Source: Nitrosococcus oceani ATCC 19707
Lineage (GTDB): Bacteria > Pseudomonadota > Gammaproteobacteria > Nitrosococcales > Nitrosococcaceae
Direction of reading: 5' to 3'
NCBI RefSeq assembly: GCF_000012805.1
Contig: NC_007484.1
Location: 2,460,001-2,492,000, forward strand
DNA: 32,000 bases
Both the position numbers and the translations under genes were made by a program. This document shows positions 1 through 8,736 of the stretch, in pieces (within the stretch, counting starts at the first letter, position 1; every line of letters starts with the position of its first letter). The notes under the pieces were generated by a model that had not been told where the DNA came from, did no database searches, and worked only from the letters and a program-made list of their open reading frames with translations.

Positions 1-128
1 TGAGTTAATCTCACTCCCTTAGTCACGATGAGACTAAGTTGCGACGAGTAGGTTCAAATGGCAGCAGAAAATTTATTCAAAGTTTCACCATAACAAACAG
101 GAATATTTAACCTGGCTTCCACACCTGT

Positions 129-1484
129 TCACCACAGTAGCCAGGCGGTGACAAAGTAAAGCAATAGGGTTACCCCTGCTACGCTCAAGGCATAGGGAAG
201 CTGGGTTTGAACGTGCTCGAGATGATCACAGCCTGCTGCTAATGAAGAAATAAGGGTAGTATCAGAAATGGGAGAACAGTGATCGCCGAAAACTCCACCC
301 CCCAAAAGAGCAGACAGAATAAAGGCCGGGGGTAACTCGGCAGCCTGGGCAAGAGGTAAAGTAATTGGAATCATTATCCCAAACGTACCCCATGAGGTGC
401 CCGTGGTAAAAGAGATCAGCCCTGCTACGATAAAAACTAATACTGGAATAAAGGGAGGAGGTAGTGACGGTTCTACTATTTGAGCCACGAATTCCCCCGT
501 TCCCAGAACGCCCATGCTAGCGCTCAAAGCAAGAGCCAACAATACTGTGGTGACTACCGGCAAGAGTTTCCCCATTCCCTCAAAGCCTAACGTAATAAGC
601 TTCTGATGGGAATAAACTCTATCTTTAAGTAATAAAATATAGGCCACTAGAGTAGCCAAAGCCGTGCCCCAAAAGATGGCGCTTGATCCTGAACCTGCCA
701 ACAAATCGCCATTCCCGGTATAGCCGAGGAAGAACAAAACGGCACTCACCATAATCAGCAGCGGCAACCACATGTACCTTGCCCTCGTAGGGGCAATATG
801 TTCTTCTTCAAGATCTTCTTCCCGGCGCGTTTCTGAATACTGTAGCGGCCCATAAACGCGATGTGTGATGGCGGTATAAAAAACCAAAGCTAAGGTAATA
901 ATGGCATAAAAATTAAGTGGTATACTCATTACTAAAATAGCAATAGGCTCAGCAAATCCCTGCTCCGTCAACAACCCCAGTAAATAGGCACCCCACCCAT
1001 TGAGTAATATCAAGATAGACACTGGCGCACAAGTCGAATCCACAAAGTAAGCTAGTCGGGCGCGGCTCATCTGAAACTTATCGAATAATGGCCGTGACAG
1101 TATCCCCGCAACCAGCATACTCATATTACTCTCGATAAAAATAACGATTCCTATGAAAGCAGTGAGGAGTCCCACACGGCGTGGTGTCTGCGTAAAACCC
1201 GCGCTAGTTAGCACTTGAACACAAGCGCTGACTCCACCTGACTGATTCATATAAACCAATAACGCTCCCACTAGTATACTGAACAGCAGAATTTGGGTAT
1301 TACTCTCGCTTTGAAATACAGCGGTAATACGCTCTAATAATCCGATAAACCCCAGAACAGGATTATTTCCAGCGAGCAAGATTTCGGAAAAATATAGAGC
1401 TACTAGCAGAGAGAGAATAACTTCCCTTTTCCATATTCCTATTAAAATCGCTGCCAATGCGGGGAGTAAAGTTATCCAGCCCAC
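129..1484 (-). CDS. NhaC-family Na+/H+ antiporter-like multi-pass membrane protein
   Basis: 451-aa ORF that is hydrophobic along its whole length, with many predicted TM segments. The sequence pattern matches my memory of the NhaC / Na_H_antiporter family. GTG start at 1484 is preceded by an AGAGGA Shine-Dalgarno 4 nt upstream. Confidence 0.7.
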   Translation of the reverse strand: MGWITLLPALAAILIGIWKREVILSLLVALYFSEILLAGNNPVLGFIGLLERITAVFQSESNTQILLFSILVGALLVYMNQSGGVSACVQVLTSAGFTQTPRRVGLLTAFIGIVIFIESNMSMLVAGILSRPLFDKFQMSRARLAYFVDSTCAPVSILILLNGWGAYLLGLLTEQGFAEPIAILVMSIPLNFYAIITLALVFYTAITHRVYGPLQYSETRREEDLEEEHIAPTRARYMWLPLLIMVSAVLFFLGYTGNGDLLAGSGSSAIFWGTALATLVAYILLLKDRVYSHQKLITLGFEGMGKLLPVVTTVLLALALSASMGVLGTGEFVAQIVEPSLPPPFIPVLVFIVAGLISFTTGTSWGTFGIMIPITLPLAQAAELPPAFILSALLGGGVFGDHCSPISDTTLISSLAAGCDHLEHVQTQLPYALSVAGVTLLLYFVTAWLLW

Positions 1485-1526
1485 AACATCCTCTAAAAAA
1501 AGAAGATAAATAAAACAAACTGTTAC

Positions 1527-2156
1527 CTATATCGCGTGTTCTTCTTCAGGTGGCGGTGTCTGCTCTAGGGATCGGAATAAATCCTGTAATTCTTTCGCAA
1601 AGCCTTCCAGCTGTTTTTGAATTTCAGGAAGTTCCGCTTTTAGTTTCTCTTCGATAGACTTTAACTCACGCTGGACCTTGGGCAAGGATCGTTGTAATTC
1701 GTCGAGAGATTGACCAATTTTGTTTGAAAACTGTTCAGTCATAGCTCCAAAATTTTCTAATGCCTGTGCTAGTTCACTCGCCTCAGAGAGCATTTTTACG
1801 GTCTCATCATAGCGCACCTTCCAACGACCGTTTTCCTTGGCGAGCACAGTGTCAAGGGGTACGGTCACCGGACGTTCATTGCTTACAGTCACAGTAGTTT
1901 CAACCCAAGATTTCTCTCCATCAATAACAATTTTACCTAATTTGAAATTAGTAATAGGCAACAAAGAAGATATTAAATCTTCTTTGTTTAAGGATTCTGT
2001 TAAAACATATTTTCGCATGGTTTCAACATCATTCTCTTTTACCGCTGTCCAAAACTTTTCAGCTACTTCATAGGAAGATAACTTTTCAGCACAAGCGCCA
2101 AGCGTAGTCACTAAGCATAACGCCAATAGCAATGTAAAAAAAATCGCTTTTTTCAT
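1527..2156 (-). CDS. Exported lipoprotein: NTF2-like (DUF4878-type) N-domain plus Glu/Lys/Leu-rich helical C-terminal tail
   Basis: I use the internal ATG at 2156 (MKKAIFFTLLLALCLVTTLGAC...), which gives a classic lipobox (L-G-A-C) signal peptide. The first ATG of the ORF at 2186 adds 10 non-signal residues. The N-domain (EVAEKFWTAVKENDVETMRKYV...GRWKV) resembles small NTF2-like lipoproteins. The C-terminal ~90 aa are heptad-like and Glu-rich and end in PPPEEEHAI. The gene lies 37 nt downstream of the HTTM gene on the same strand. Confidence 0.6.
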   Translation of the reverse strand: MKKAIFFTLLLALCLVTTLGACAEKLSSYEVAEKFWTAVKENDVETMRKYVLTESLNKEDLISSLLPITNFKLGKIVIDGEKSWVETTVTVSNERPVTVPLDTVLAKENGRWKVRYDETVKMLSEASELAQALENFGAMTEQFSNKIGQSLDELQRSLPKVQRELKSIEEKLKAELPEIQKQLEGFAKELQDLFRSLEQTPPPEEEHAI

Positions 2157-2193
2157 ATTAAAATTCCATAAGTAATAAATTGCCATCTATTTT

Positions 2194-4104
2194 CTATAAT
2201 GACTCAAGATTAATATCCTGTATCTCTATTCTTGCCAAGCCTTTGTGCCAAATTACTCTCCCAATATTTACCCATGGCCGATTTATATTCTTATTACGCA
2301 GATTCCTTTCCCAATGCACAGGAACATCTATTCTCTTCATTTTTATGATAAATTCAGTATCTTGTAAATCCAGATCTATCTTCTTACCCCAAAAAGCAGT
2401 CATTTTTTTAATAAATTTATAAAGACGCCTTTGCTCTATATGGGGAGTCACTGCCACATTTGCCCACATAGACTGAACTCTTCCCCAGTTTGGCGCAACT
2501 AACCTTCCTTCCTCGTTCACAAATGGAAGCCATTGCTCCTGTCCCTGGCTGTTTTTGTAGGTGAGCGCCAAAATGTGGTTATAACCATGAAAATGATCAT
2601 GCATATAAAGCGCATGGGGTGTTATTCCTAGAAAGGCATGAGATAGAAACAATACTGCATTGCTTATCGGCGATAAAATCTGGCCGATCTCGCTTTCTGC
2701 TCCATCCTCGTTGAGGCGATAAAATATCCCATAGTGAATCGTACTATTTAACTGCAAAAGCATGATCAATACTAAAAACTTGGTAATCCGATTAGAGCGT
2801 TGTTTTTTTGTTCCAGCATAATATTCGTAGCTTCTTTTGAAGCTATATGCCTCCTGTAGGGAATTTTCTGAAGAAACAAAGCAGCTCTCATCGCAGGTAA
2901 GACGAGCACGCTGATCAGCAATTCGCCGATATATTTTTTTCCCAAAATGATAAACCCCTGGAATTCTTATAAAAATTCCTGCAAGAGCAGGATATTTCAT
3001 TTTCAATAAAATTTGCAGGTAGGCGTCTATACCTACGTACAGATGTCCTTTTTGATCGAGAGCATAAATGTCTTTTAGCAATTGTTCTTCAGAAATGTTA
3101 TTCAGTTCAGGATATTTTTTTGCACGCTTTTGCAGTCCTTCAAAATTGATAGCTTTAAAAATATCAAAATGCTCTATAATAATTCTGGTGCGATTGCAAA
3201 GCGGGCATTGTTGATCATAGAAAACAACCAATTGTGGCGACTTAAACTGTAATGTTTTCTTTAAGCCCTGCCACCATGAAAAAGGGACCATCAAAAAGTA
3301 ATAAACCAGCATTCCGAAGCCAAAAGGATAAATATTAAGGGATAAAATAATACCGCTATGGAGAGAGATCCCCGTAATCATCAAAGGCACGCGAAAAGAC
3401 CGGAGATAAAAAGTAAAAATAAAAATAAATTCAAAAACTATAATCAAATAACCAATAAATTTTTGCAGGAATTCTTGATTCAGGAACCACGTCATATCGA
3501 TCGCGGAAATATAATAAGGCATCGTCAAAGGTAACCATGCGCCTAATCCATTACGCCAATGCTCCGCAAATAATTTATGAACAGCCGAATCAAAGTAAAT
3601 GAGTCCTAAAGAGATAGCGAGAGGAAGATAATAGCTAAGAACAGAAACGGTACTAACAGGATCGTGGTGCAATTCCGATTTCAGAAATTTAAGTCTTACT
3701 CTAAGATTGTCTAAGGAGAATGCTCTTTCCGTGGGCAAGAAAATAAGAAGAAAACTCGATCCGATCATAAACTGATCAAAACCCCCATCAAAATCTCGCC
3801 ACATAGGGGTAAAGGCGGTAAAGATGACCCAAAAAAAATAATTGACAATAGCGGCGAGACGCGTATGGTAACCCGTAGTTAAAAAAAGGGTATTAATGCC
3901 CCATAAAATCAAGAAAAAATAAATGGAAGGCGAAGCGACATCAATAAAAGGAATAGTATCAAAAATAAGATGGCGGAAATAATAGAGAAAAACAATTTCT
4001 TGAAGAATAACTAAACCCAAGAAAATACGAAAAACGCCAAGCCCTAACGCCGGCACCTGTTTTTCAAGTCCAATTTTGACGAGACTGAATACTTTTTGAT
4101 ACAT
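2194..4104 (-). CDS. Fusion membrane protein: N-terminal HTTM (vitamin K-dependent gamma-carboxylase-like) domain, central DCC/DUF393-type CxxC thiol-disulfide oxidoreductase domain, and an uncharacterised C-terminal domain
   Basis: 636-aa ORF. The N-terminal ~290 aa are multi-TM and open with the HTTM-like LGLGVFRIFLGLVILQEI. Residues ~295-420 carry the DCC signature VVFYDQQCPLCNRTRIIIEHFD (YDxxCxLC). The gene is strongly AT-rich. Confidence 0.7.
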   Translation of the reverse strand: MYQKVFSLVKIGLEKQVPALGLGVFRIFLGLVILQEIVFLYYFRHLIFDTIPFIDVASPSIYFFLILWGINTLFLTTGYHTRLAAIVNYFFWVIFTAFTPMWRDFDGGFDQFMIGSSFLLIFLPTERAFSLDNLRVRLKFLKSELHHDPVSTVSVLSYYLPLAISLGLIYFDSAVHKLFAEHWRNGLGAWLPLTMPYYISAIDMTWFLNQEFLQKFIGYLIIVFEFIFIFTFYLRSFRVPLMITGISLHSGIILSLNIYPFGFGMLVYYFLMVPFSWWQGLKKTLQFKSPQLVVFYDQQCPLCNRTRIIIEHFDIFKAINFEGLQKRAKKYPELNNISEEQLLKDIYALDQKGHLYVGIDAYLQILLKMKYPALAGIFIRIPGVYHFGKKIYRRIADQRARLTCDESCFVSSENSLQEAYSFKRSYEYYAGTKKQRSNRITKFLVLIMLLQLNSTIHYGIFYRLNEDGAESEIGQILSPISNAVLFLSHAFLGITPHALYMHDHFHGYNHILALTYKNSQGQEQWLPFVNEEGRLVAPNWGRVQSMWANVAVTPHIEQRRLYKFIKKMTAFWGKKIDLDLQDTEFIIKMKRIDVPVHWERNLRNKNINRPWVNIGRVIWHKGLARIEIQDINLESL

Positions 4105-4578
4105 TAATTTTATTAACCCCGATAGCGCTCTAAAAAATAATTTTTTGTTTAATTCAAGTTTAGAAAATTATCATCCGCCCTAGTTTTATGGTAAGTAACG
4201 AAAAAACCATGTCATAAAGTTTAATTGACTAACGGTAAAAGAGATTCAGGCCATTCTTTGGAGAAAAAAAAACCTGAATACAACTGATTCTAAAGAAAAT
4301 TAAGCTTTTCTTTGGTCTCCTTGCCATCCGGCCCTGTTAAAGAAAGCTCCACACATTCCTATATACATTTCCTTAATTGCCTTCTATAACTTAAATATTA
4401 TATTGCATAATAAGCAATACATGCTTCTCGTATCCATTAATGACGAAGAGCTTTCATTTACTCCCTGGCTTTATCCATGCAAAATCCTATCTTTGAAGAA
4501 ACCCCCAGGGGTATGGATGAATCGGATAAAGAGGCTAACGAGCATTAAAATACAAACGAACAATTCAAGGATAATACT

Positions 4579-5691
4579 ATGAGCGTGACAAGTTCTATTG
4601 CGCACAAATCAAAGGAAGGCGCTCGCCGCCTGGCCTGGCTATACCGTCCCCGAACTTGGAAAGAGAAAGGGCTTCTCTGGACAATTGGCCTTGCCTTAGC
4701 TACCTATATGGTCATCGTGGTGATTCTAGGCATCCTCTGGTCGTTTGAACCAGAAGTTTTCGACGGCCGCACTCATACCCAAGAAGTTGCCGCCGTATTT
4801 GCTAAAGACATTGCTGACGAAATGGACTTGCCCCAAAGCAAACGGAAGGAGTTGCCCGCCGGCTTTATTGCCACGAGCACGGCAATTCACGTCGCTAGAA
4901 CTTTGTTGGAAAAACCAGGCGGTTATCTTAGCAACGATGTTTTCCCTCCCGGCGTCTATCTGGATAATATTCCCAATTGGGAATTCGGCGTATTAGTCCA
5001 GTTACGGGATTTTGTGCGCAATCTGCGCAACGATTTTTCCCGCGCCCAGACCCAGTCCCTTGAGGACAAGGATTTGCAGATTGCCGATCCCCAGTTTAAT
5101 TTCAACTCGGAATCCTGGATACTCCCCACCACGGAAAGCCAATACCGGAAAGGCAACAAGGCATTGCTCAGTTATTTAAAGCGTCTCTCGGACGACAAAA
5201 AAAATGATGGCCACTTCTTTGTCCGCTCCGATAACCTGCGCTCCTACCTGGAAGTGGTGGAAAAACGGCTGGGGGGATTAACCCAACGCTTAATAGCCGC
5301 CGTGGGCGAAGTGCAATTCAATGTTAACCTGGCGGGGGAACGGCAAGGCCGCTCAGCCAAGCCCGAGCCCCGCGAGGTCCGGGTCAAGACCTCGTGGTGG
5401 GAAATCGACGATGTATTTTATGAAGCCCGTGGCTCTGCCTGGGCTCTTGTTCACTTTCTTCATGCCTTGCGGATCGAGTTCGAGCATGTCCTCCAGGATA
5501 AAAACGCCGAGGTTAGCTTGGCACAGGTTATTCGTAGCCTAGAAAATTCCCAGAAAACTCTCTGGAGTCCAATGATACTCAACGGCGATGGTTTCGGCAC
5601 GTTGGCTAACCACTCTCTAGTGATGGCCTCCTATTTAGCCGCAGCTAACGCCGCGCTTATCGATCTCCGCAATCTGTTAAAGCAAGGTTAA
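4579..5691 (+). CDS. DUF2333 family protein (N-terminal TM anchor)
   Basis: 370-aa ORF with an AAGGA SD. It has one N-terminal TM segment (LLWTIGLALATYMVIVVILGILW). The motifs GGYLSNDVFPPGVYLDNIPNWEFGVLVQLRD and SESWILPTTESQYRKG match my memory of the conserved DUF2333 core. Confidence 0.7.
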   Translation: MSVTSSIAHKSKEGARRLAWLYRPRTWKEKGLLWTIGLALATYMVIVVILGILWSFEPEVFDGRTHTQEVAAVFAKDIADEMDLPQSKRKELPAGFIATSTAIHVARTLLEKPGGYLSNDVFPPGVYLDNIPNWEFGVLVQLRDFVRNLRNDFSRAQTQSLEDKDLQIADPQFNFNSESWILPTTESQYRKGNKALLSYLKRLSDDKKNDGHFFVRSDNLRSYLEVVEKRLGGLTQRLIAAVGEVQFNVNLAGERQGRSAKPEPREVRVKTSWWEIDDVFYEARGSAWALVHFLHALRIEFEHVLQDKNAEVSLAQVIRSLENSQKTLWSPMILNGDGFGTLANHSLVMASYLAAANAALIDLRNLLKQG

Positions 5692-5733
5692 GGATGAGCT
5701 ACTCATAGAGAAATTCCTTTCCCAAGAATAATA

Positions 5734-5770
5734 GGTAGCGCCGGGGGAAAAATTCCAAGCAGGCGCTACC
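5734..5770 (+). terminator. Possible terminator hairpin after the DUF2333 gene
   Basis: Perfect 9-bp stem GGTAGCGCC / GGCGCTACC with a 19-nt loop, followed by TGCAATTTTA. The large loop and weak U-tract make this tentative. Confidence 0.25.
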
Positions 5771-5803
5771 TGCAATTTTAAGAACCTCCAATCAGTTAGA
5801 TTA

Positions 5804-5822
5804 CCCCCGGCAAAGCCGGGGG
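5804..5822. terminator. GC-rich hairpin between convergent genes (candidate bidirectional terminator)
   Basis: CCCCCGGC-AAA-GCCGGGGG is a perfect 8-bp GC stem with a 3-nt loop. It sits between the stop of the + strand DUF2333 gene and the stop of the - strand MTH1187-like gene. There is no clean U-tract on either side. Confidence 0.35.
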
Positions 5823-5853
5823 CTTACCCTATAAGCTACCGATTGAATGACCG

Positions 5854-6132
5854 CTAAAGCCGTTTACCGGCGATGGTTGGGATCTTATCAGTGCGGGTTT
5901 CCACTTTCAGATAACTGATTAGCCGGACGGCGCCTTCTTGGTGCAGCGTCTCATGTATTTTCCTGATAACGCTGAGGATGTCCTCTAGCTCCCCTTCGAT
6001 ATTTGTTCCCGAGGCATGCGTCTCCAAAATAAAATCATGCTCTTGGAGTATCTCAATCACACGGGAAATCTCTGGCCTAACGGAGATCTCGCTCCCTATC
6101 GGAATCATTTGTAATTCAGCCGTTGCTCTCAT
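5854..6132 (-). CDS. MTH1187/YkoF-like (UPF0045) small thiamine-binding-type protein
   Basis: 92-aa ORF. The pattern ELQMIPIG...SV...I..VI.IL......ETHASGTNIEGE.EDI..VI...HE is typical of the MTH1187 family. Confidence 0.7.
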   Translation of the reverse strand: MRATAELQMIPIGSEISVRPEISRVIEILQEHDFILETHASGTNIEGELEDILSVIRKIHETLHQEGAVRLISYLKVETRTDKIPTIAGKRL

Positions 6133-6229
6133 CAGCTAATATCCCATCCTATTATGGTTGCCAAGGTCGTTTACCCTAGCTTTGCCAGGATAAACGAGCC
6201 TTCAATAAACGCGGTTAGACCAGCAGGCG

Positions 6230-7669
6230 CTACCAGCGCAGTACCACGTAATGTTGCATATTACCTGAACGAATCAGCAACAAAGCACGCTTATCATCCT
6301 GGCTTTCCTGCATGGCACGATTGAATTCCTTCGCACTATGGATCGGCTTGCGGTTGATCTGGAGAATCACGTTACCCACCCTGATCCCCGCCATGGCGGC
6401 GATGGAGCCACGCTCAACCCCAGTAACAACCACACCTTCACCCGCCTTGGCATCAAATTGTCTTGCCAGCTCCGGAGTCAAAGTCTGAACCGCCAACCCC
6501 AATTCTTCCGCGCTCTGGGTAGGCCCTTCGGCAAGGGTCTGCTCTTGGCTGAGTTCACCAATAGTAATTTTTACCTTCTGCCGCTTACCATCGCGGATAA
6601 TAGTAAGGGTCTCACGGCTACCGGGCGCGGTGAGCGCAACTCGATTACGGAAACCGCCAATATCTTTAACCGGCTTATCCTGGTAACCGACAATCACATC
6701 CCCTTGCTTGAGCCCCGCCTTTTTTGCAGGCGAGTCCTCCGATACCTGGGCAACGAGAATACCCTGGGACTGTTCCATATTGAAGGATTCCGCCAGCTCC
6801 GCCGTCAGGGGCTGAATGACAATTCCCAGATAACCCCGGGTCACCTCGCCCGTTTCAATGAGTTGATTGGCAATAGCCTTGGCTAATTTGCTGGGAATGG
6901 CGAATCCTATGCCCATATAGCCCCCGCTCCGGCTGAAGATAGCGGTATTGACGCCCACCACTTCGCCGTTCAGATTTACCAGGGGACCACCGGAATTGCC
7001 AGGATTGATAGCGGCATCCGTTTGAATAAAATCCTCATAATCGCTGATGCCTAAGCTGGTGCGGCCCGTGGCGCTCACCACGCCCACGGTCAGGGTATGG
7101 CTCAAGCCAAAGGGGTTACCCATGGCTATTACCCATTCCCCTACTTGAAGCTTGGAAGAATCTCCCCATTCCAGGGCTGGAAGACCGCCAACGGTAATCT
7201 CAATAACCGCGATATCCGATTTGGGATCGGTCCCAACAATTTCACCCTCGAACTCGCGATCATCTTGAAATTGGACCCGAATCTTGTCAGCGTCTTCCAC
7301 TACATGGCTGTTAGTAAGAATATAAGTCTTGTCCGACAGCAAGCCCTTTTTCGATGAAAAAATGAAGCCTGATCCCTGGCCGATGGCACGGCGCTGGCCT
7401 TTTGGCGCCTCGCCCCGGGGCGAAAAGGGCTCGCCAAAAAAGCGCCTGAAAAACTCATCGCCAAAGGGTGGAGGAAACGCCCGCGAACCACGTTCCTCAC
7501 GGATACTCTCCACCTGGATGAAAACCACTGATGGTGATACTTCACGGGCCACGGCGGCAAAGGCCTTACCCGTCTGGCGCAGACTCTCAACGCCACCTTC
7601 CTCAAGGGCCTGTGCTGGCAATGCAAAAAGCGCCGCTAGCAATAACAAAATCATCCGATATCTATGCAT
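6230..7669 (-). CDS. Periplasmic Do-family serine endoprotease (DegP/DegQ/MucD-like) with two PDZ domains
   Basis: 479 aa with a signal peptide (LLLLAALFALPAQA). The catalytic triad contexts are present: TNSHVV, KSDIAVIEI and NPGNSGGPLVN. Two PDZ-like segments follow (GYLGIVIQP..., LGLAVQTLTPELARQ...). Confidence 0.9.
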   Translation of the reverse strand: MHRYRMILLLLAALFALPAQALEEGGVESLRQTGKAFAAVAREVSPSVVFIQVESIREERGSRAFPPPFGDEFFRRFFGEPFSPRGEAPKGQRRAIGQGSGFIFSSKKGLLSDKTYILTNSHVVEDADKIRVQFQDDREFEGEIVGTDPKSDIAVIEITVGGLPALEWGDSSKLQVGEWVIAMGNPFGLSHTLTVGVVSATGRTSLGISDYEDFIQTDAAINPGNSGGPLVNLNGEVVGVNTAIFSRSGGYMGIGFAIPSKLAKAIANQLIETGEVTRGYLGIVIQPLTAELAESFNMEQSQGILVAQVSEDSPAKKAGLKQGDVIVGYQDKPVKDIGGFRNRVALTAPGSRETLTIIRDGKRQKVKITIGELSQEQTLAEGPTQSAEELGLAVQTLTPELARQFDAKAGEGVVVTGVERGSIAAMAGIRVGNVILQINRKPIHSAKEFNRAMQESQDDKRALLLIRSGNMQHYVVLRW

Positions 7670-7728
7670 TGTTCAATTCCCTAAAAACATATACTTGTGG
7701 TTTATTGTAGGAGCATTTAACATTTTTA

Positions 7729-8721
7729 TCATTCCTTTACCTCCGCTGTATCCAACTCTGCTTCGGCAGAAACATTACCCTCGGCGGTTTCCTTGGGCGT
7801 CTCCTTCGTCTTAGCCTGCACCAGATTTTCCCGTCCTATCTTTTTAATCGGCTCTAACGTGAACGCGGCAACTTTAAAATAGGGTTCCCAATCAGAACGC
7901 TTGAGTAGATAATAGTCCTCTTCCTCGGGCTTGAAGAAGCGATAGATCAGAGGATCGCCAGACTTGCGGGCCAGTTTAATCTCCAGCTCAGGCTCAGCTT
8001 GCTGATACTCCGACTCCGCCTCGGAATCCAACAGAGACTGGATACGGAGATCGGCCAGCTTGTCCACCAAAGCACGGGCTTCTTCCCTCTTGGTTTCCTC
8101 CTGAGCATCCAGATCCGCTACCTTTAACGCTTCGCCATCCCGTTCCAGGACAAAACCCGGCATTTCCACTCGAGTTACCTGATCCCCATCCAACTTGAGA
8201 ATATCCTTGTTAATCCAGTCGTCGGCCTTAGCATTAGCCTCCCAGGTATTGAAAGCTACCGCGTAAACCGCTTCTTCCTCTGCGGGCCGAACATGGACCT
8301 TGCGAAATCCAGGCGAAGTGCCCACATAGAGCACCGTCTCGGCCTCATCCTTTCCCAGCAGCGTCAGCTTGCGTTCAAAAACATTCTGGTCCACCTTAAA
8401 GCGCTTAGCCGCCCCTGCGGTAGTCGCCACTGGCCAGCCCTTCTCCAACACGGCAAGTTCATCTAACAGCCGCTCCACGGCATCCTGGTCAGCCGGAAAG
8501 TTCCCGCTTTCCGGCAACCACCATTGGCCATCTTGTTGCTTGAGCAGCAGGCTATTCTGCCCATCTTCAATCCGCAAACCTTCCACTGCCTTGACATCGA
8601 AAGCGAGTAGCGGCTCTTGTGGCTCAAAGGCATCGTAATTCTCCCCCATGAGGTTGACCGCTACCGCCAAAACCAGTTGGGCTAATAGCAGACCGCTTAA
8701 AATGGTAATCCACTTTTTCAT
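7729..8721 (-). CDS. DUF4340-like periplasmic protein associated with a GldG-type ABC system
   Basis: 330 aa with an N-terminal TM/signal segment (ILSGLLLAQLVLAVAV) and a GGGGAGAG SD. It starts 15 nt after the stop of the GldG-like gene, the usual position for DUF4340 partners. The family call rests mainly on this synteny plus overall composition. Confidence 0.6.
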   Translation of the reverse strand: MKKWITILSGLLLAQLVLAVAVNLMGENYDAFEPQEPLLAFDVKAVEGLRIEDGQNSLLLKQQDGQWWLPESGNFPADQDAVERLLDELAVLEKGWPVATTAGAAKRFKVDQNVFERKLTLLGKDEAETVLYVGTSPGFRKVHVRPAEEEAVYAVAFNTWEANAKADDWINKDILKLDGDQVTRVEMPGFVLERDGEALKVADLDAQEETKREEARALVDKLADLRIQSLLDSEAESEYQQAEPELEIKLARKSGDPLIYRFFKPEEEDYYLLKRSDWEPYFKVAAFTLEPIKKIGRENLVQAKTKETPKETAEGNVSAEAELDTAEVKE

Positions 8722-8736
8722 GTGTCTTCTCTCCCC

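Noticed and set aside
18-38. 7-bp hairpin CTTAGTC-N7-GACTAAG downstream of the NhaC-like gene.
   Set aside because: The stem is AT-rich, lies ~90 nt from the stop and has no U-tract on the relevant strand. This is not enough to call a terminator.
51-59. GGTTCAAAT, which is similar to a tRNA T-loop, near the window start.
   Set aside because: The flanking bases cannot form a T-stem or an acceptor stem on either strand.
4477-4548. 23-codon ORF (MQNPIFEETPRGMDESDKEANEH) just upstream of the DUF2333 gene, considered as a possible leader peptide.
   Set aside because: It has no Shine-Dalgarno and a hydrophilic, featureless sequence. I see no attenuator structure.
6338-6886. 182-aa + strand ORF antisense to the DegP gene. 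The same applies to 7097..7357, 7300..7626 and 7329..7814.
   Set aside because: These ORFs lie entirely inside, or overlap, a gene with unmistakable protease motifs. Their translations are low-complexity (Arg/Pro/Ser-rich) with no family resemblance. They are typical shadow ORFs of GC-rich coding DNA.
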